From Nannocystis bainbridge (GTDB lineage Bacteria > Myxococcota_A > Polyangia > Nannocystales > Nannocystaceae): 64,000 nt of DNA. The stretch covers positions 2,240,001 through 2,304,000 of the forward strand of contig NZ_JAQNDL010000003.1 in assembly GCF_028368995.1 (NCBI RefSeq). Direction: 5' to 3'. The notes under the pieces were generated by a model that saw nothing but the letters and a program-made list of their open reading frames with translations, did not search any database and was not told where the DNA came from. The translations under genes were made by a program, and so were the position numbers. Below are positions 26,922 to 36,991 of the stretch, piece after piece; position 1 is the first letter of the stretch, and every line of letters starts with the position of its first letter.

Positions 26922-28271
26922 GTGTCGACTCGCAGCGCGCTCCCGCCTGGCTCCCGGCGCACCCTCCTGCAGACCTATCGCTACACCCGCGACCCGTACC
27001 GCTTCTTCGTCGAGATGGCCGAGGAGTACGGCGACCCGTTCACCATCCACGCCGTCAACGGCAGCGTCGCCATGACCGGCAATCCTGCCGGCGCCCAGCA
27101 GATCTTCGCCGCCGACCCCGACGCCTTTGTCCCCTTCGGCGCCGAGGTCTCGCGCCCGCTGCTCGGCGACAGCTCGATGCTGCTGCTCTCCGGCGAGCGT
27201 CACCGCAAGGAGCGCAAGCTGCTCATGCCCGCCTTCCACGGCGAACGCATGCGCGCCTACGGCGAAACGATCCGCGCCGCCGCCCACGCCGCCGCCTCGA
27301 CCTGGCTCAAGGGACAGACCTTCGTCTTCCAGGACAGCTCGCAGTGGATCTCGCTCGAGGTCATCATCCGCGCCGTGTTCGGGGTCGTTGACCCGGCCCG
27401 CGTCGAGGCGGTCCGCCAGGCCATCCTCGAGTTCGTCGCCGCCACCGTCCCGAGCTTCATGTTCTTCCCGTTCCTGCAGCGCGATTTCCTCGGCATGGGC
27501 CCGTGGGCGCGGTTTCAGCGGGCTCGCCGGCGGATCGGCTTCCTCATCGCCGCCGAGCTGGCCGCCCGTCGCAGCCGGCCCGAGGAGCTCGGCGACGACA
27601 TCCTGAGCCGCATGCTCGCCGCCCGTCACGACGACGGCAGCGGCATGAGCGACAGCGAGATCCACGACGAGCTCCTCACCCTGTTGTTCGCCGGCCACGA
27701 GACCTCCGGCATCGCCCTCGCCTGGTCGATCTACTGGCTGCACCGCAACCCCGACCGCCTCGAAAAATTGCTCGCCGAGCTCGACACTGCCGGCGAGCGG
27801 CCCGAGCCCGAGGTCGTCGCTCGCCTGCCGTACCTCGAGGCCGTCGTGCACGAGACCTTGCGCCTCTATCCGATCGCCCCGGACGCCCCGCGCATGCTCG
27901 CCCGCCCGCTCGAGCTCCTCGGCTACACCTTGCCCGCCGGCGCTGGCGTGGCCGTCGCCACCGGCCTCCTGCACATCCGCCCCGACCTCTACCCCGAGCC
28001 GCACGCCTTCCGCCCCGAGCGCTTCCTCCACAAGAAATTCAGCCCCTTCGAGTACACCCCGTTCGGCGGCGGTCATCGCCGCTGCCTCGGCGCCGCCTTC
28101 GCCACCTACGAGATGAAGCTCGTGCTCGCCGCGCTGCTGCGAAACTACCGCCTGAAGCTCGCCGAGCCGCGCGAGGTCAAGCCGGGCCGCCGCAACGTCG
28201 TGCTCGGCCCTGCCACTGGCGTGCGCGTCACCTACCTGGGCCCGCGCCGCGCCGGCGACCTGCCCGCCTGA
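26922..28271 (+). CDS. Cytochrome P450 (bacterial CYP110/135-like)
   Basis: AGHETS, ETLR, FRPERF, PFGGGHRRCLG. Confidence 0.95.
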   Translation: MSTRSALPPGSRRTLLQTYRYTRDPYRFFVEMAEEYGDPFTIHAVNGSVAMTGNPAGAQQIFAADPDAFVPFGAEVSRPLLGDSSMLLLSGERHRKERKLLMPAFHGERMRAYGETIRAAAHAAASTWLKGQTFVFQDSSQWISLEVIIRAVFGVVDPARVEAVRQAILEFVAATVPSFMFFPFLQRDFLGMGPWARFQRARRRIGFLIAAELAARRSRPEELGDDILSRMLAARHDDGSGMSDSEIHDELLTLLFAGHETSGIALAWSIYWLHRNPDRLEKLLAELDTAGERPEPEVVARLPYLEAVVHETLRLYPIAPDAPRMLARPLELLGYTLPAGAGVAVATGLLHIRPDLYPEPHAFRPERFLHKKFSPFEYTPFGGGHRRCLGAAFATYEMKLVLAALLRNYRLKLAEPREVKPGRRNVVLGPATGVRVTYLGPRRAGDLPA

Positions 28272-28341
28272 AGTTGCCCGTCGCGCAGCCTCGGCGCTGC
28301 GCGAGAACTTCGCAGTACCCCGATTCGGGGACACCTTCGCT

Positions 28342-29109
28342 TCACGGGTCGCCGACCGCGATCGTCGGCGTCTCCTCCACGAACGCCGGCGCGCCTGCGA
28401 CTTGCCAGCGGATCAGCAGCTTCTCCGCGCGGTAGCCTTGCGCCATCGTCGTCACGCTGCGGACCAGCCCGAGCCCGCGCACATAATAGTTGTCCTCGTG
28501 TTGCACGTGCTCGACCGGCGGCACCGCGAAGCCCGTCTTCAACGTCGTGATCATGCGCGTCTGCGTCTCGCAGCGCACGTGCACCGCCGTCTGTCCGCGG
28601 AAGCCGTCCTCGCCGACCACCGCGCAGCGGCCGAACACCGCCATCGACGACACCGGCGTGTCGAGCTCCTGCCGCCATTCCCAGCGCATCCCTGGCGACA
28701 GCTCGCGCGGCAGGTACACCCCCTCTGCCACCCGCGTCGTCACCTCCCCGGCCGCGCTCGTCATCGAACCGATCTCCGGCGTCACTCCGAGCTGCGAGAT
28801 CACCATGTCGCGCTCGCTCGTCCCGCCCTGAAAATCGCTGCGCACGCGCGCCACCAGTCGTTCGCCGCGCCGCTCGGCCGCGACGATGCGGTCGGTCGAT
28901 CGCGTCGTCGGCACCTGCACCGCCGGGTGTGACTGCGGCATCGCGTACTCCCACACGTCGCCCACGCTCGCCGGCGCGTACGGGTGCTCCGTCGAAGGCG
29001 GCGGCGCCGACTGCACATCGCAGCCGACGAACACCAGCGCCCCCGTCACGATCAACTGCCAGCCCGGGCCTGGCTCGATCTCCGTCGTCGTGCTGCGGCG
29101 CTGGGCCAT
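28342..29109 (-). CDS. Putative beta-rich lipoprotein
   Basis: Lipobox FVGC; YLPRELSPGMRW, YYVRGLGLVRS. Confidence 0.7.
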   Translation of the reverse strand: MAQRRSTTTEIEPGPGWQLIVTGALVFVGCDVQSAPPPSTEHPYAPASVGDVWEYAMPQSHPAVQVPTTRSTDRIVAAERRGERLVARVRSDFQGGTSERDMVISQLGVTPEIGSMTSAAGEVTTRVAEGVYLPRELSPGMRWEWRQELDTPVSSMAVFGRCAVVGEDGFRGQTAVHVRCETQTRMITTLKTGFAVPPVEHVQHEDNYYVRGLGLVRSVTTMAQGYRAEKLLIRWQVAGAPAFVEETPTIAVGDP

Positions 29110-29196
29110 GCCGCATCGTCCCCGGCCCGCCCGCGCCTCGCAAGGCCCGGTCCGCCGCGATCTCGCGCGCGCCCGCGAGCGCGGGCGAAAATCACA

Positions 29197-29224
29197 TGTC
29201 CCGCAGGACATGTCCTCTTCGCCA
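29197..29224. repeat. Two phased TGTC-N6-GACA units
   Basis: TGTCCCGCAGGACA|TGTCCTCTTCGCCA. Confidence 0.8.
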
Positions 29225-29321
29225 GCTCGCCGTCGACCCTTGGAGTCGTTTTAAACGACAATGCGAACGGCCGTACGAGACGGCCGCTCGCGGGTCACGA
29301 GCGAGGCTCGCGACGTGAATC

Positions 29322-29765
29322 CTAGTGGTCCTGCTCGCCCTCGTCGCGGCCGCTGGGCGACATCGTCTCGCTGCGCGGCATCTCGGAGCGGTTCTCCGGG
29401 GTCGACGACGAAGTCGAAGCCTCGCGCTCCTCGAGCTCCGTGTTCAGCTCGTCGGACACGCCGGTCATGCCCTGCCCGCTGCGCTGGCCGCGGTTGCGGT
29501 CGCGGCTGGAGTTGGCGCGGTTGCTGTGCGACGCGTGGCCGCCCTTCGCCCCGATCTCCGCCATGTGCTCGCGGTTCTGGCTCACGACCTCGCCGCCCTT
29601 GCGGCCGGCCGCGCGGGCCTCGTCGGAGTCGAACTCGTGCGCCGTGCCCTTCTCGTGGGCCGCCCGGCCGCCCTTGCGCGCGATCTCCCGCTGCTTCTCC
29701 GCGTCCATCCCCGCAAAACCGCGGCCTCCGCGGCGCTCCCCTGAATTCCCGGTGCTGTTCGGCAT
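29322..29765 (-). CDS. KGG-repeat general stress protein (GsiB/YciG-like)
   Basis: GRGFAGMD.EKQREIARKGG, EARAAGRKGG, HMAEIGAKGG. Confidence 0.9.
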   Translation of the reverse strand: MPNSTGNSGERRGGRGFAGMDAEKQREIARKGGRAAHEKGTAHEFDSDEARAAGRKGGEVVSQNREHMAEIGAKGGHASHSNRANSSRDRNRGQRSGQGMTGVSDELNTELEEREASTSSSTPENRSEMPRSETMSPSGRDEGEQDH

Positions 29766-30132
29766 GTTGGTACCTCTGTCGCGGACGCTCTGGATCCGCG
29801 TCGTGCTGGGTTCTTTGAATCGGTGTCTTCGTGGCCGTAGCGCTGTCTGCGCAGGCCGAAGAGGTTCGAGGCAACCATGGTCGACTGCGTCACCTCGGCA
29901 AGGTGGAGCTCGGCGCGCGCAGAGGTCTACGACCCCCATTCGGATCGGCGATCCTGCCGCCGGGGCCGCTGGGACGGGCGCCGCGCCGCTGAGCCCGCTC
30001 GGAGAATCAGGGAATTCCCGACCCAAGATCATGTTTACCGCTTGCAATTTTTCCTCAGCGCAGCGCGCGAATCTGCGCCGCGACCGCGATCGCGTTGACA
30101 CCGCACTCTGCCGGGGGGACGCTGTGGTCACG

Positions 30133-30399
30133 ATGACCCGCAATTTCCTCGTGTATGCCGTGAGCGCGTGCCTCGCCGGCCTGTTCGGATTTGCCTGCAA
30201 GAGCGGCGGCGGTGGTGGTGGCTCGCACGCGCCGGGGACCGTCACGGCCATCGAGGGTTCGTCGTCGTGTCCGCGGTCGGTGCCGGCGCGCGGGGCGTCC
30301 TGCCCGCGGGGCGAGTCCGAGTTTTGCGTCTACCGCACCACCGGCGGCGACTTCGCCTGTGTCTGCGGCGGCGGCAAGTGGGGCTGCGGCTCCAAGTAG
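30133..30399 (+). CDS. Small Cys-rich lipoprotein
   Basis: Lipobox GFAC; CP...P..GASC......C.Y......CVC....WGC. Confidence 0.7.
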   Translation: MTRNFLVYAVSACLAGLFGFACKSGGGGGGSHAPGTVTAIEGSSSCPRSVPARGASCPRGESEFCVYRTTGGDFACVCGGGKWGCGSK

Positions 30400-30539
30400 G
30401 AGGAGACCGGCCGGCCGGTCCCGCCTCCCCGCGCGGAGGAACCCGCGGTCCGTGAACGCGGGGCCGCGCCTGCGTCGGCAGGCGGTCGTGGCTCCGCGCC
30501 CGCTTTTCGTGCGGCGCGCGGCTGCGATACCCTCCGACG

Positions 30540-31382
30540 ATGCTCCCTTATCTCGTTCGTGCCCGCTGGACCGCGTTCACCCTGCTCCTCGGCTGCAGCT
30601 TCGACGGCAGCGGCTTGGTCAGCGCAGGCCCGCCGAGCACGACCAGCACGACCGGCGATCTCTCCACCTCGACCGGTCCGGGGACCACCACTCTGCCGAC
30701 CACCCTCGATACGGAGGGCAGCGACAGCGGCAGCGCGACGACGAGCACGACCACCCCCGTCGACCCGACTACCTCGACCACCACGACCACCACCGATACG
30801 TCGACCACCGGACCGGACACCACGACCTCGACCGGTCCTGACACCACGACCTCGAGCACTACCAGCACCGATACCAGCACCTCGACCGGCCCCGACACCA
30901 CCACCGATCCCGAGCCGGTTTGCATGGACCCGGGCCCCGAGCCGAACGAGGACGAGGCCGGTTCGATCGACCTCGGCAATCAACACTGCAAGGCCCAGGC
31001 GAAGAGCTTCATGGGCATCCTCGACGGCGACACCGACGTCGACTGGTTCCGCTTCCACGGCGACTTCAGCGGTCAGTGTGGCGACCTCAGCCCCGACCCG
31101 CGGGCCAAGATCGTCGTCACCACCCCGGGCCCGCTCGAGGTGTGCATGTTCGCCGACTGCGACGCCCAGGGCAGCACCAACTTCGACTGTCCCAACGGCA
31201 CCTCGGAGACCGACTCGCCCGACGGCCGCGACGGCTGCTGCGGCTCCGGAAACATGGAGTACGTCGTCAACTGCCAGAGCAGCGGCAACGAGAGCGCGGT
31301 GATCTATGTCCGCCTGCAAAAGGCCGAGGTCGACGCCTGCCTCGAGTACAAGGTCGACTACAGCTATTTGAGCGGCAACTGA
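30540..31382 (+). CDS. Thr-rich lipoprotein with Cys-rich PPC-like domain
   Basis: Lipobox LLGC; TTTSTGPD repeats; EPNE..., DVDWFRF. Confidence 0.82.
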   Translation: MLPYLVRARWTAFTLLLGCSFDGSGLVSAGPPSTTSTTGDLSTSTGPGTTTLPTTLDTEGSDSGSATTSTTTPVDPTTSTTTTTTDTSTTGPDTTTSTGPDTTTSSTTSTDTSTSTGPDTTTDPEPVCMDPGPEPNEDEAGSIDLGNQHCKAQAKSFMGILDGDTDVDWFRFHGDFSGQCGDLSPDPRAKIVVTTPGPLEVCMFADCDAQGSTNFDCPNGTSETDSPDGRDGCCGSGNMEYVVNCQSSGNESAVIYVRLQKAEVDACLEYKVDYSYLSGN

Positions 31383-31441
31383 CGCTCACGCGTGAAGCCG
31401 GCGCGCACCGATGATTGCGCGCCCCGGCCGGGCTCCCGCCC

Positions 31442-33682
31442 TCACCCGCGCGAGCGAGCCGCCAGGTACTGCGGCGGCCACGTCACCCCCGGGCCGCGGT
31501 AGTTCTGCTCGGCCGCGGCGCGCAGCGTGAAGTGCGGGTCGAACAGGTGCGGCCGCGCCAGCGCGCACAGGTCGGCGCGGCCCGACGCGATGATCGTGTT
31601 GACCTGGTCCCAGTCCTGGATCGCCCCGACCGCCATCGTCGTCACCCCCGCCTCGTGGCGGATCCGGTCGCTCAGGTGCGTCTGGAACATGCGCCCGTAG
31701 ATCTCGGGTCGCGACTGCGGCGTCGTCTGTCCGGCCGACACGTCGACAAGGTCGCAGCCGTGGGCCTTGAGCAGACGCGCGATCTCGACGGCGTCCTCCT
31801 CGTCGAGGCCGTCGGGGATCCAATCCGTCGCCGAGATGCGCACCGACACCGGCTTGTGCGCCGGCACGGCCGCTCGCACCGCGCTCAGCACCTGCAGCGG
31901 GAAGCGCATGCGGTCCGCCAGCGACCCGCCGTACTCGTCGGTGCGCACGTTCGTCAGCGGCGAGATGAACGACGCCAGCAGGTAGCCGTGCGCCATGTGG
32001 ACCTCGACCAGGTCGAAGCCCGCCTGCTCGGCCAGCTCGGCCGCCCGCCGGAATTGCTCGATCACCGCCGCCATGTCCTCCGCCGTCATCGGCCGCGGCG
32101 CCGCGAACCCGGGCGCGTACGGCACCGGCGACGGGCCGAGCAATTCCCAGCCGTCTTCGAGCCCCGTGTCAGCGCCCTCCCACGGGTGCACCGCCGAGCC
32201 CTTGCGCCCCGCGTGGCCCAGCTGCACCCCGATCTTCGCCGTCGAGTGGGTGTGCACGAACTCGACCACCCGGCGCCACGCGCTCGCGTGCGCCTCCGAC
32301 CACAGCCCCGCGCAGCCGCGGGTGATCCGGCCCTCGGGCGCCACATTGGTCATTTCGGTCATCACCAGCCCGGCCCCGCCGACGGCGCAGCCGCCGAGGT
32401 GGACCAGGTGCCATTCGTTCGGCAGCCCGTCCTCCGCCGAATACTGGCACATCGGCGACACCACCACCCGGTTCTGCAGCGTCAGCGCGCGCAATCGCAG
32501 CGGCGTGAACATCGGCGGCGGCGGTGGGTCGTGCGATTCGAGGCCTGAAGTCCCGGCGAACCATCGGTCGAGCCCGCCGACGTACTCGCGGTCGCGCACG
32601 CGCAGGTTCTCGTACGTCACCCGCTTCGAGCGCGTCATCATGCTGAGCACGAACTGCTGCGGCGGCAGGTCCTTGTAGCGGCGGACCTCCTCGAACCACG
32701 TCTGGCTGACCCTGGCCGCGCGCTGCAGCTTGGCCACGTCGAGCCAGCGGGCCTCGTGGTAGGCCGCCAGCGCCGCCGGCACCGACGACTCGCACAGCAG
32801 CGCCTCGCACAGCGAGATCGAGTCCTCCATCGCCAGCTTGGTCCCCGAGCCGATCGAGAAGTGCGCCGTGTGAGCGGCGTCGCCGATCAGCACCACGTTG
32901 CCCGACCACCAGCGGCCGCACTTGACCTCGCGGAACGACAGCCAGCTCGACTTGTTGCTCATCAGCCGGTGGCCAGCCAGCTCCTCGGCGAACAGCCGCT
33001 CGCAGTAGGCCACGCTGTCGTCGGGCGTCATCGCGTCGAGCCCGGCGCGGCGCCACGTCTCGGCGTCGGTCTCGACGATGAACGTGCTGGTGTCGCGGTC
33101 GAACGGATAGGCGTGGACCATGAACAGCCCGTGCTCGTTCTCGCGGACGTAGAACGTGAACGCCGTCAGGTGCTTGGTCGTGCCGAGCCAGATGTACTTG
33201 GCCTTGCCCTCGACGATCGTCGGCTCGATCACCTCGGCCAGCTGCGCCCGCACCTTGCTGTTGATCCCGTCGGCCGCCACCACCAGGTCGGCGCCCGCGG
33301 CGTGCGGCGACGCCAGCCCGTCGTGCTCCGTCTCGAACGCGATCGTCACGCCCAGGGCGAGCGCCCGGTCTTGCAGGATCTCGAGCAGGCGCACCCGCGC
33401 GATCCCGCAGAACCCGTGGCCGCCCGATCGAATCACCTGTCCTTTGATGCAGGTGTCGATATCGTCCCAGTGGATGAACGCGTCGGTGATCGCCGCGTAC
33501 GTCTCCGGATCGGCACGGCGGAAATTGCCGAGCGTGCCGTCGGAGAACACCACACCCCAGCCGAACGTGTCCTTGCGCCGGTTGCGCTCGACGACCACGA
33601 CATCGCAGTCGGGTCGCGCCTTTTTCATGAGCACGCTGAAATACAGGCCAGCCGGGCCACCGCCGAGGACCGCGATCTTCAC
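31442..33682 (-). CDS. Bifunctional salicylyl-CoA 5-hydroxylase / anthraniloyl-CoA monooxygenase-reductase
   Basis: GGGPAG, TFGWGVVFSD, GDAAHTAHFSIGSGTKLAMED fused to an OYE domain (SPMCQYSA, HMAHGYLL, RTDEYGGS). Confidence 0.92.
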   Translation of the reverse strand: MKIAVLGGGPAGLYFSVLMKKARPDCDVVVVERNRRKDTFGWGVVFSDGTLGNFRRADPETYAAITDAFIHWDDIDTCIKGQVIRSGGHGFCGIARVRLLEILQDRALALGVTIAFETEHDGLASPHAAGADLVVAADGINSKVRAQLAEVIEPTIVEGKAKYIWLGTTKHLTAFTFYVRENEHGLFMVHAYPFDRDTSTFIVETDAETWRRAGLDAMTPDDSVAYCERLFAEELAGHRLMSNKSSWLSFREVKCGRWWSGNVVLIGDAAHTAHFSIGSGTKLAMEDSISLCEALLCESSVPAALAAYHEARWLDVAKLQRAARVSQTWFEEVRRYKDLPPQQFVLSMMTRSKRVTYENLRVRDREYVGGLDRWFAGTSGLESHDPPPPPMFTPLRLRALTLQNRVVVSPMCQYSAEDGLPNEWHLVHLGGCAVGGAGLVMTEMTNVAPEGRITRGCAGLWSEAHASAWRRVVEFVHTHSTAKIGVQLGHAGRKGSAVHPWEGADTGLEDGWELLGPSPVPYAPGFAAPRPMTAEDMAAVIEQFRRAAELAEQAGFDLVEVHMAHGYLLASFISPLTNVRTDEYGGSLADRMRFPLQVLSAVRAAVPAHKPVSVRISATDWIPDGLDEEDAVEIARLLKAHGCDLVDVSAGQTTPQSRPEIYGRMFQTHLSDRIRHEAGVTTMAVGAIQDWDQVNTIIASGRADLCALARPHLFDPHFTLRAAAEQNYRGPGVTWPPQYLAARSRG

Positions 33683-33797
33683 CGCGCAATGCTAACCCGC
33701 CGCTCGGCGGCCGCCCAAGTGAGAAGCCTCGCGGTGCGACGAGCCAACGACGTCGCGTCCGCGCCGGGTCGGGTGCCGCCGTGTATGCTCACGCGGC

Positions 33798-36764
33798 ATG
33801 TCAGCAACGACCGGCCCGCGCGACGGCCTCCTGCTGCTCGCGGCGTTCGCCTCGGGCGCGGCGGCCCTCGCCTACGAGATGCTGTGGACGCGCATGTTGG
33901 CGCTGTCGCTCGGCAGCGAGACCGTCGGCGTGCTCGCGGCGCTGGCCGGCTACTTCGCCGGGCTCGCGCTCGGGGCCGGGCTGCTGCACGACCGGACCCA
34001 CCGCGCCGCCGACCCGGTGCGCCTGTTCGTCCTGCTCGAGCTGGTCGCCGCCGGCTTCGCCGTGGCCTCGCCGCACCTCCTGCAGTGGCTCGCGCGCGTG
34101 CTGCCGGGCTGGCTCGGGCCCGTCGCTGCCGCCGGTGGGGCCGCGGCGCTGGCCGCCTCCACGGCGGTCGCCGCCGCCGTGCTCGCCCTCGGCGCCGCCC
34201 CGCTCGGCGCCTCGCTGGCGGCCCTGGTCGAGGCCCGCCGCCGCACCTGTCCCTCGGACCAGGACGGCCGCGGCCTCGGCCGGATCTACGGCGCCAACAC
34301 CCTCGGCGCCGCCCTCGCCGCCCTCGTCAGCGTCCACCTGGTGTTCCCCGCCCTCGGCTACGGCCTCGGCGCCGCCCTCGCCGCCCTCGCCGGCGCCGGC
34401 GCTGCCCTCGCCGCCCGGGCCTGGGGCGCCCGCGCTTCAGGACATGTCCCGCCGAGCATGTCCCCCGCGACAGTTTTGAAAGGACATGTCCCCGGAGACA
34501 TGTCCTCCGCGCCAGCCTCGCCGGCCGCCGAGATTGCGCCCGCCTCTCGGGACGCTGGCGCCGACGTCAATCCTCGAGTCACCGACGCGGGCGCCGACGT
34601 CGGTTCTCGCGTCACCATCGACGTCCCACCTGCCGCTCGAGACACCTCCGCGTCTCGCTTCACCTCGCCCTCCTCTCGGCACACCACCCCCGCCCCGCCT
34701 TCCGTCATCGACGCCTCGCGCGACCCCGACCCCGACCTGCTGCGCGAGCCGTGGCTGCTCGGCCTCGTGTCCTTCGGGACAGGTCTGACCGGCATCGGCC
34801 TCCAGGTCGTCGGCATCCGGGTGCTCGGCCAGCACCTCGAGAACACCATCTACACCTTCGCCCACATCCTCGCCGCCTACCTGCTGGCGACCGGCCTCGG
34901 CGCGCTCGTCTACCAGCGCTTCGCCGCGCGGGCGGTCGCCGGCCGGCCCGGCGGCGTCATCGCGGCGCTGCTGTGGCTGCTCGGCATCCTCGTCGTCCCG
35001 GCGGCCATGGTCCTCGCGCAGGGGCCCGCGCTGTTGCAGGCGCTCGCGCCCGAGGCGGCCGGGCTCGCGCGCGCCGGCCTGGCCGAGCTCGCGGTCGCGG
35101 CCCTGGTGTTCGCGCCGACCGCCGTGGTCCTCGGCGCCCTGCTCAGCCACGTCATCGGCCTGGTCGCGGCCACCGGTCGCGGCGTCGGCCGGACCTACGC
35201 CTACAACGCGCTCGGCTGCGCCGCCGCCCCGTTCGTGTTCGGCCTCGTCGCCATCCCGCGGCTCGGCTACGCCGACGCCTTTTACGCCGTGCTCTACGCC
35301 TACCTGGCGCTGTTCGCCGTGTTCGGGTGGTTCCGCCGGTTCTCGCCGATCATGCTCATCGGCGGCGTCCTCGCCGGCGTGGCCTTCACCGCCGCCGGCC
35401 CGCGCTCGCTGGCCCTCGTCAGCGACAGCGACGGGTGGGTCCGCCGCGAAGAGCGCCAGACCCTGCACGGCCTCGTCGCCGTCAGCGAGCGCCCCGGCCC
35501 CGGCGGCGCCCCGCTGCGCCGGCTGCAGATAGGCAAGCGCTTCCGCATGGGCGGCGCCGCCGGCTTCGGCGAGCAGCGCATGGGCCAGCTCTGTTCGCTC
35601 CTGTCCCATGCGTCAGGTCCCGAAGGACCGATCGCAAAGGCCCTGTACCTCGGCCTGGGTACCGGCTCGACCATGGGCGGCGCGCTGGCGGTCCCGCACG
35701 CCGCGGCCGAGGGCGTCGAGCTGGTGCCGGAGATCGTCGAGCTGCTGCCGCACTTCGCCGACATCAACCACGACCTGGCAAAGCGCCCCGAAGCCACCCT
35801 GCTCGCCGCCGACGCCCGCCGCTACCTCGCCGCCGCGCCCGACCGCTACGACCTGATCGTCGCCGACCTGTTCCACCCCGGCCAGGCCGGCGCCAGCAGC
35901 CTGTTCGCGCGCGAGCACTTCGCCGCCGCCGCCAGCCACCTGCGCCCCGGCGGCCTGATGTGCCAGTGGCTGCCGCTCTACCAGCTCGACGAGGCCGACG
36001 TGCGCACGATCGTCCGCACCTTCCTCGACGTGTTCCCCGAGTCCTACGGCTTCCTGGGCATCTACAACGCCCAGAACCCCGCGCTCGCGCTCGTCGGCCG
36101 CGCCCCCGACCCGGCCGCGGCCCAGCTCCACCTCGACGTCGCGCGCCTGCAGGCCGACACCGCCAAGCTGCAGAACATCGTCGACCCGCGCGACCTGCTG
36201 GCCTCCTACGTGATGGGCCCCGGCGAGCTGACCGCGTGGGCCGGCGACGGCCCGCGCAACACCGACCTCGCGCCCGAGATCGCGTTCCAGGCCGCGCGCG
36301 TGGCCTACCGCGACGACCGCAGCCTCGGCGCCCACAACCTCGGGGCGGTGCTCCAGCGCGCCGCCCCGGCCCCGGCCGCCCTCCTGACAGGCAGCGGCGC
36401 CGAGGCCCTCGCCGCCGCCAGCGCGCCGTTCACCGCCGCCGCCCGCCACTACCTGACCGGCGAGATCGCCCGCGGCGACCTCGCTGACCTTTCGGGGATG
36501 TCCTGGGAGACAGCCGAGAACTTCGTCCGCGCCTATGAGGCCGACCCCGAGTTCGCGCCCGCCCGCGGCGCCCTCTACACCATCGCGCGCAAGAACTCGG
36601 CCCTGGCCGCGAAGCTCCTCCCGCGCATGCTGGCCCGCACCCCCGACGAACCCCGCGTCTACGAGGCCTTTTTAAATCACCTGCGCCTGACCGGCGATCA
36701 GACCGCCTACCAGCAATTGCGCGACGAGGCCGCCGCCAAGTTCCCGGACGCCACCCTGCCGTGA
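33798..36764 (+). CDS. Multi-TM spermidine-synthase-like SAM-dependent protein
   Basis: SGAAALAYEMLWTR, YGANTLGA, LYLGLGTG, VELVPEI, DARRYL, YDLIVADLFHP, QWLPLYQL. Confidence 0.88.
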   Translation: MSATTGPRDGLLLLAAFASGAAALAYEMLWTRMLALSLGSETVGVLAALAGYFAGLALGAGLLHDRTHRAADPVRLFVLLELVAAGFAVASPHLLQWLARVLPGWLGPVAAAGGAAALAASTAVAAAVLALGAAPLGASLAALVEARRRTCPSDQDGRGLGRIYGANTLGAALAALVSVHLVFPALGYGLGAALAALAGAGAALAARAWGARASGHVPPSMSPATVLKGHVPGDMSSAPASPAAEIAPASRDAGADVNPRVTDAGADVGSRVTIDVPPAARDTSASRFTSPSSRHTTPAPPSVIDASRDPDPDLLREPWLLGLVSFGTGLTGIGLQVVGIRVLGQHLENTIYTFAHILAAYLLATGLGALVYQRFAARAVAGRPGGVIAALLWLLGILVVPAAMVLAQGPALLQALAPEAAGLARAGLAELAVAALVFAPTAVVLGALLSHVIGLVAATGRGVGRTYAYNALGCAAAPFVFGLVAIPRLGYADAFYAVLYAYLALFAVFGWFRRFSPIMLIGGVLAGVAFTAAGPRSLALVSDSDGWVRREERQTLHGLVAVSERPGPGGAPLRRLQIGKRFRMGGAAGFGEQRMGQLCSLLSHASGPEGPIAKALYLGLGTGSTMGGALAVPHAAAEGVELVPEIVELLPHFADINHDLAKRPEATLLAADARRYLAAAPDRYDLIVADLFHPGQAGASSLFAREHFAAAASHLRPGGLMCQWLPLYQLDEADVRTIVRTFLDVFPESYGFLGIYNAQNPALALVGRAPDPAAAQLHLDVARLQADTAKLQNIVDPRDLLASYVMGPGELTAWAGDGPRNTDLAPEIAFQAARVAYRDDRSLGAHNLGAVLQRAAPAPAALLTGSGAEALAAASAPFTAAARHYLTGEIARGDLADLSGMSWETAENFVRAYEADPEFAPARGALYTIARKNSALAAKLLPRMLARTPDEPRVYEAFLNHLRLTGDQTAYQQLRDEAAAKFPDATLP
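34431..34514. repeat. Six phased 14-bp TGTC-N6-GACA-like units inside a CDS (84 bp, in frame)
   Basis: CGCGCTTCAGGACA|TGTCCCGCCGAGCA|TGTCCCCCGCGACA|GTTTTGAAAGGACA|TGTCCCCGGAGACA|TGTCCTCCGCGCCA. Confidence 0.85.
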
Positions 36765-36772
36765 ATGCCGCG

Positions 36773-36977
36773 AGCTGTCCCGAGGGACAGCTTGTCACCG
36801 ACCTGCGCGCGGCTGTCTCGAGGGACAGCCACTCGCCGCAAGCGAGCTGTCCACGGGACATGTTGTCGCCACCCTGCCCGGAGCTGTCCCGAGGGACATA
36901 TTATTGCCGACCTGTACGCGGCTGTCTCGAGGGACAGCCCTTCGCCGACCTTCGCGCGGCTGTCCCTCGGGACAGCC
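36773..36977. repeat. Six ~38-bp tandem units, each with the palindrome GCTGTCyCGAGGGACAG, between convergent genes
   Basis: Cores at 36776, 36814, 36848 (N5), 36885, 36923, 36961; intervening sequences related to each other (..CCGACCT.CGCGGC). Confidence 0.9.
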
Positions 36978-36991
36978 GCCAAATTCTCAGC

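Noticed and set aside
32756-36487. 1243-aa ORF and similar long Arg/Ala-rich ORFs (13343-15373, 17289-20033, 18011-20089, 26613-28334, 47324-49216, 51304-53124)
   Set aside because: Off-frame or antisense shadows of recognisable genes, expected in high-GC DNA
36775-36790. LexA SOS boxes (CTGT-N8-ACAG)
   Set aside because: The format matches at a few sites, but most copies are flanked differently, have GC-rich spacers, and lie at gene ends or in CDSs rather than at repair-gene promoters
36773-36977. CRISPR array
   Set aside because: Repeat core is only ~18 bp, spacers are short and homologous to each other, and there are no cas genes or leader
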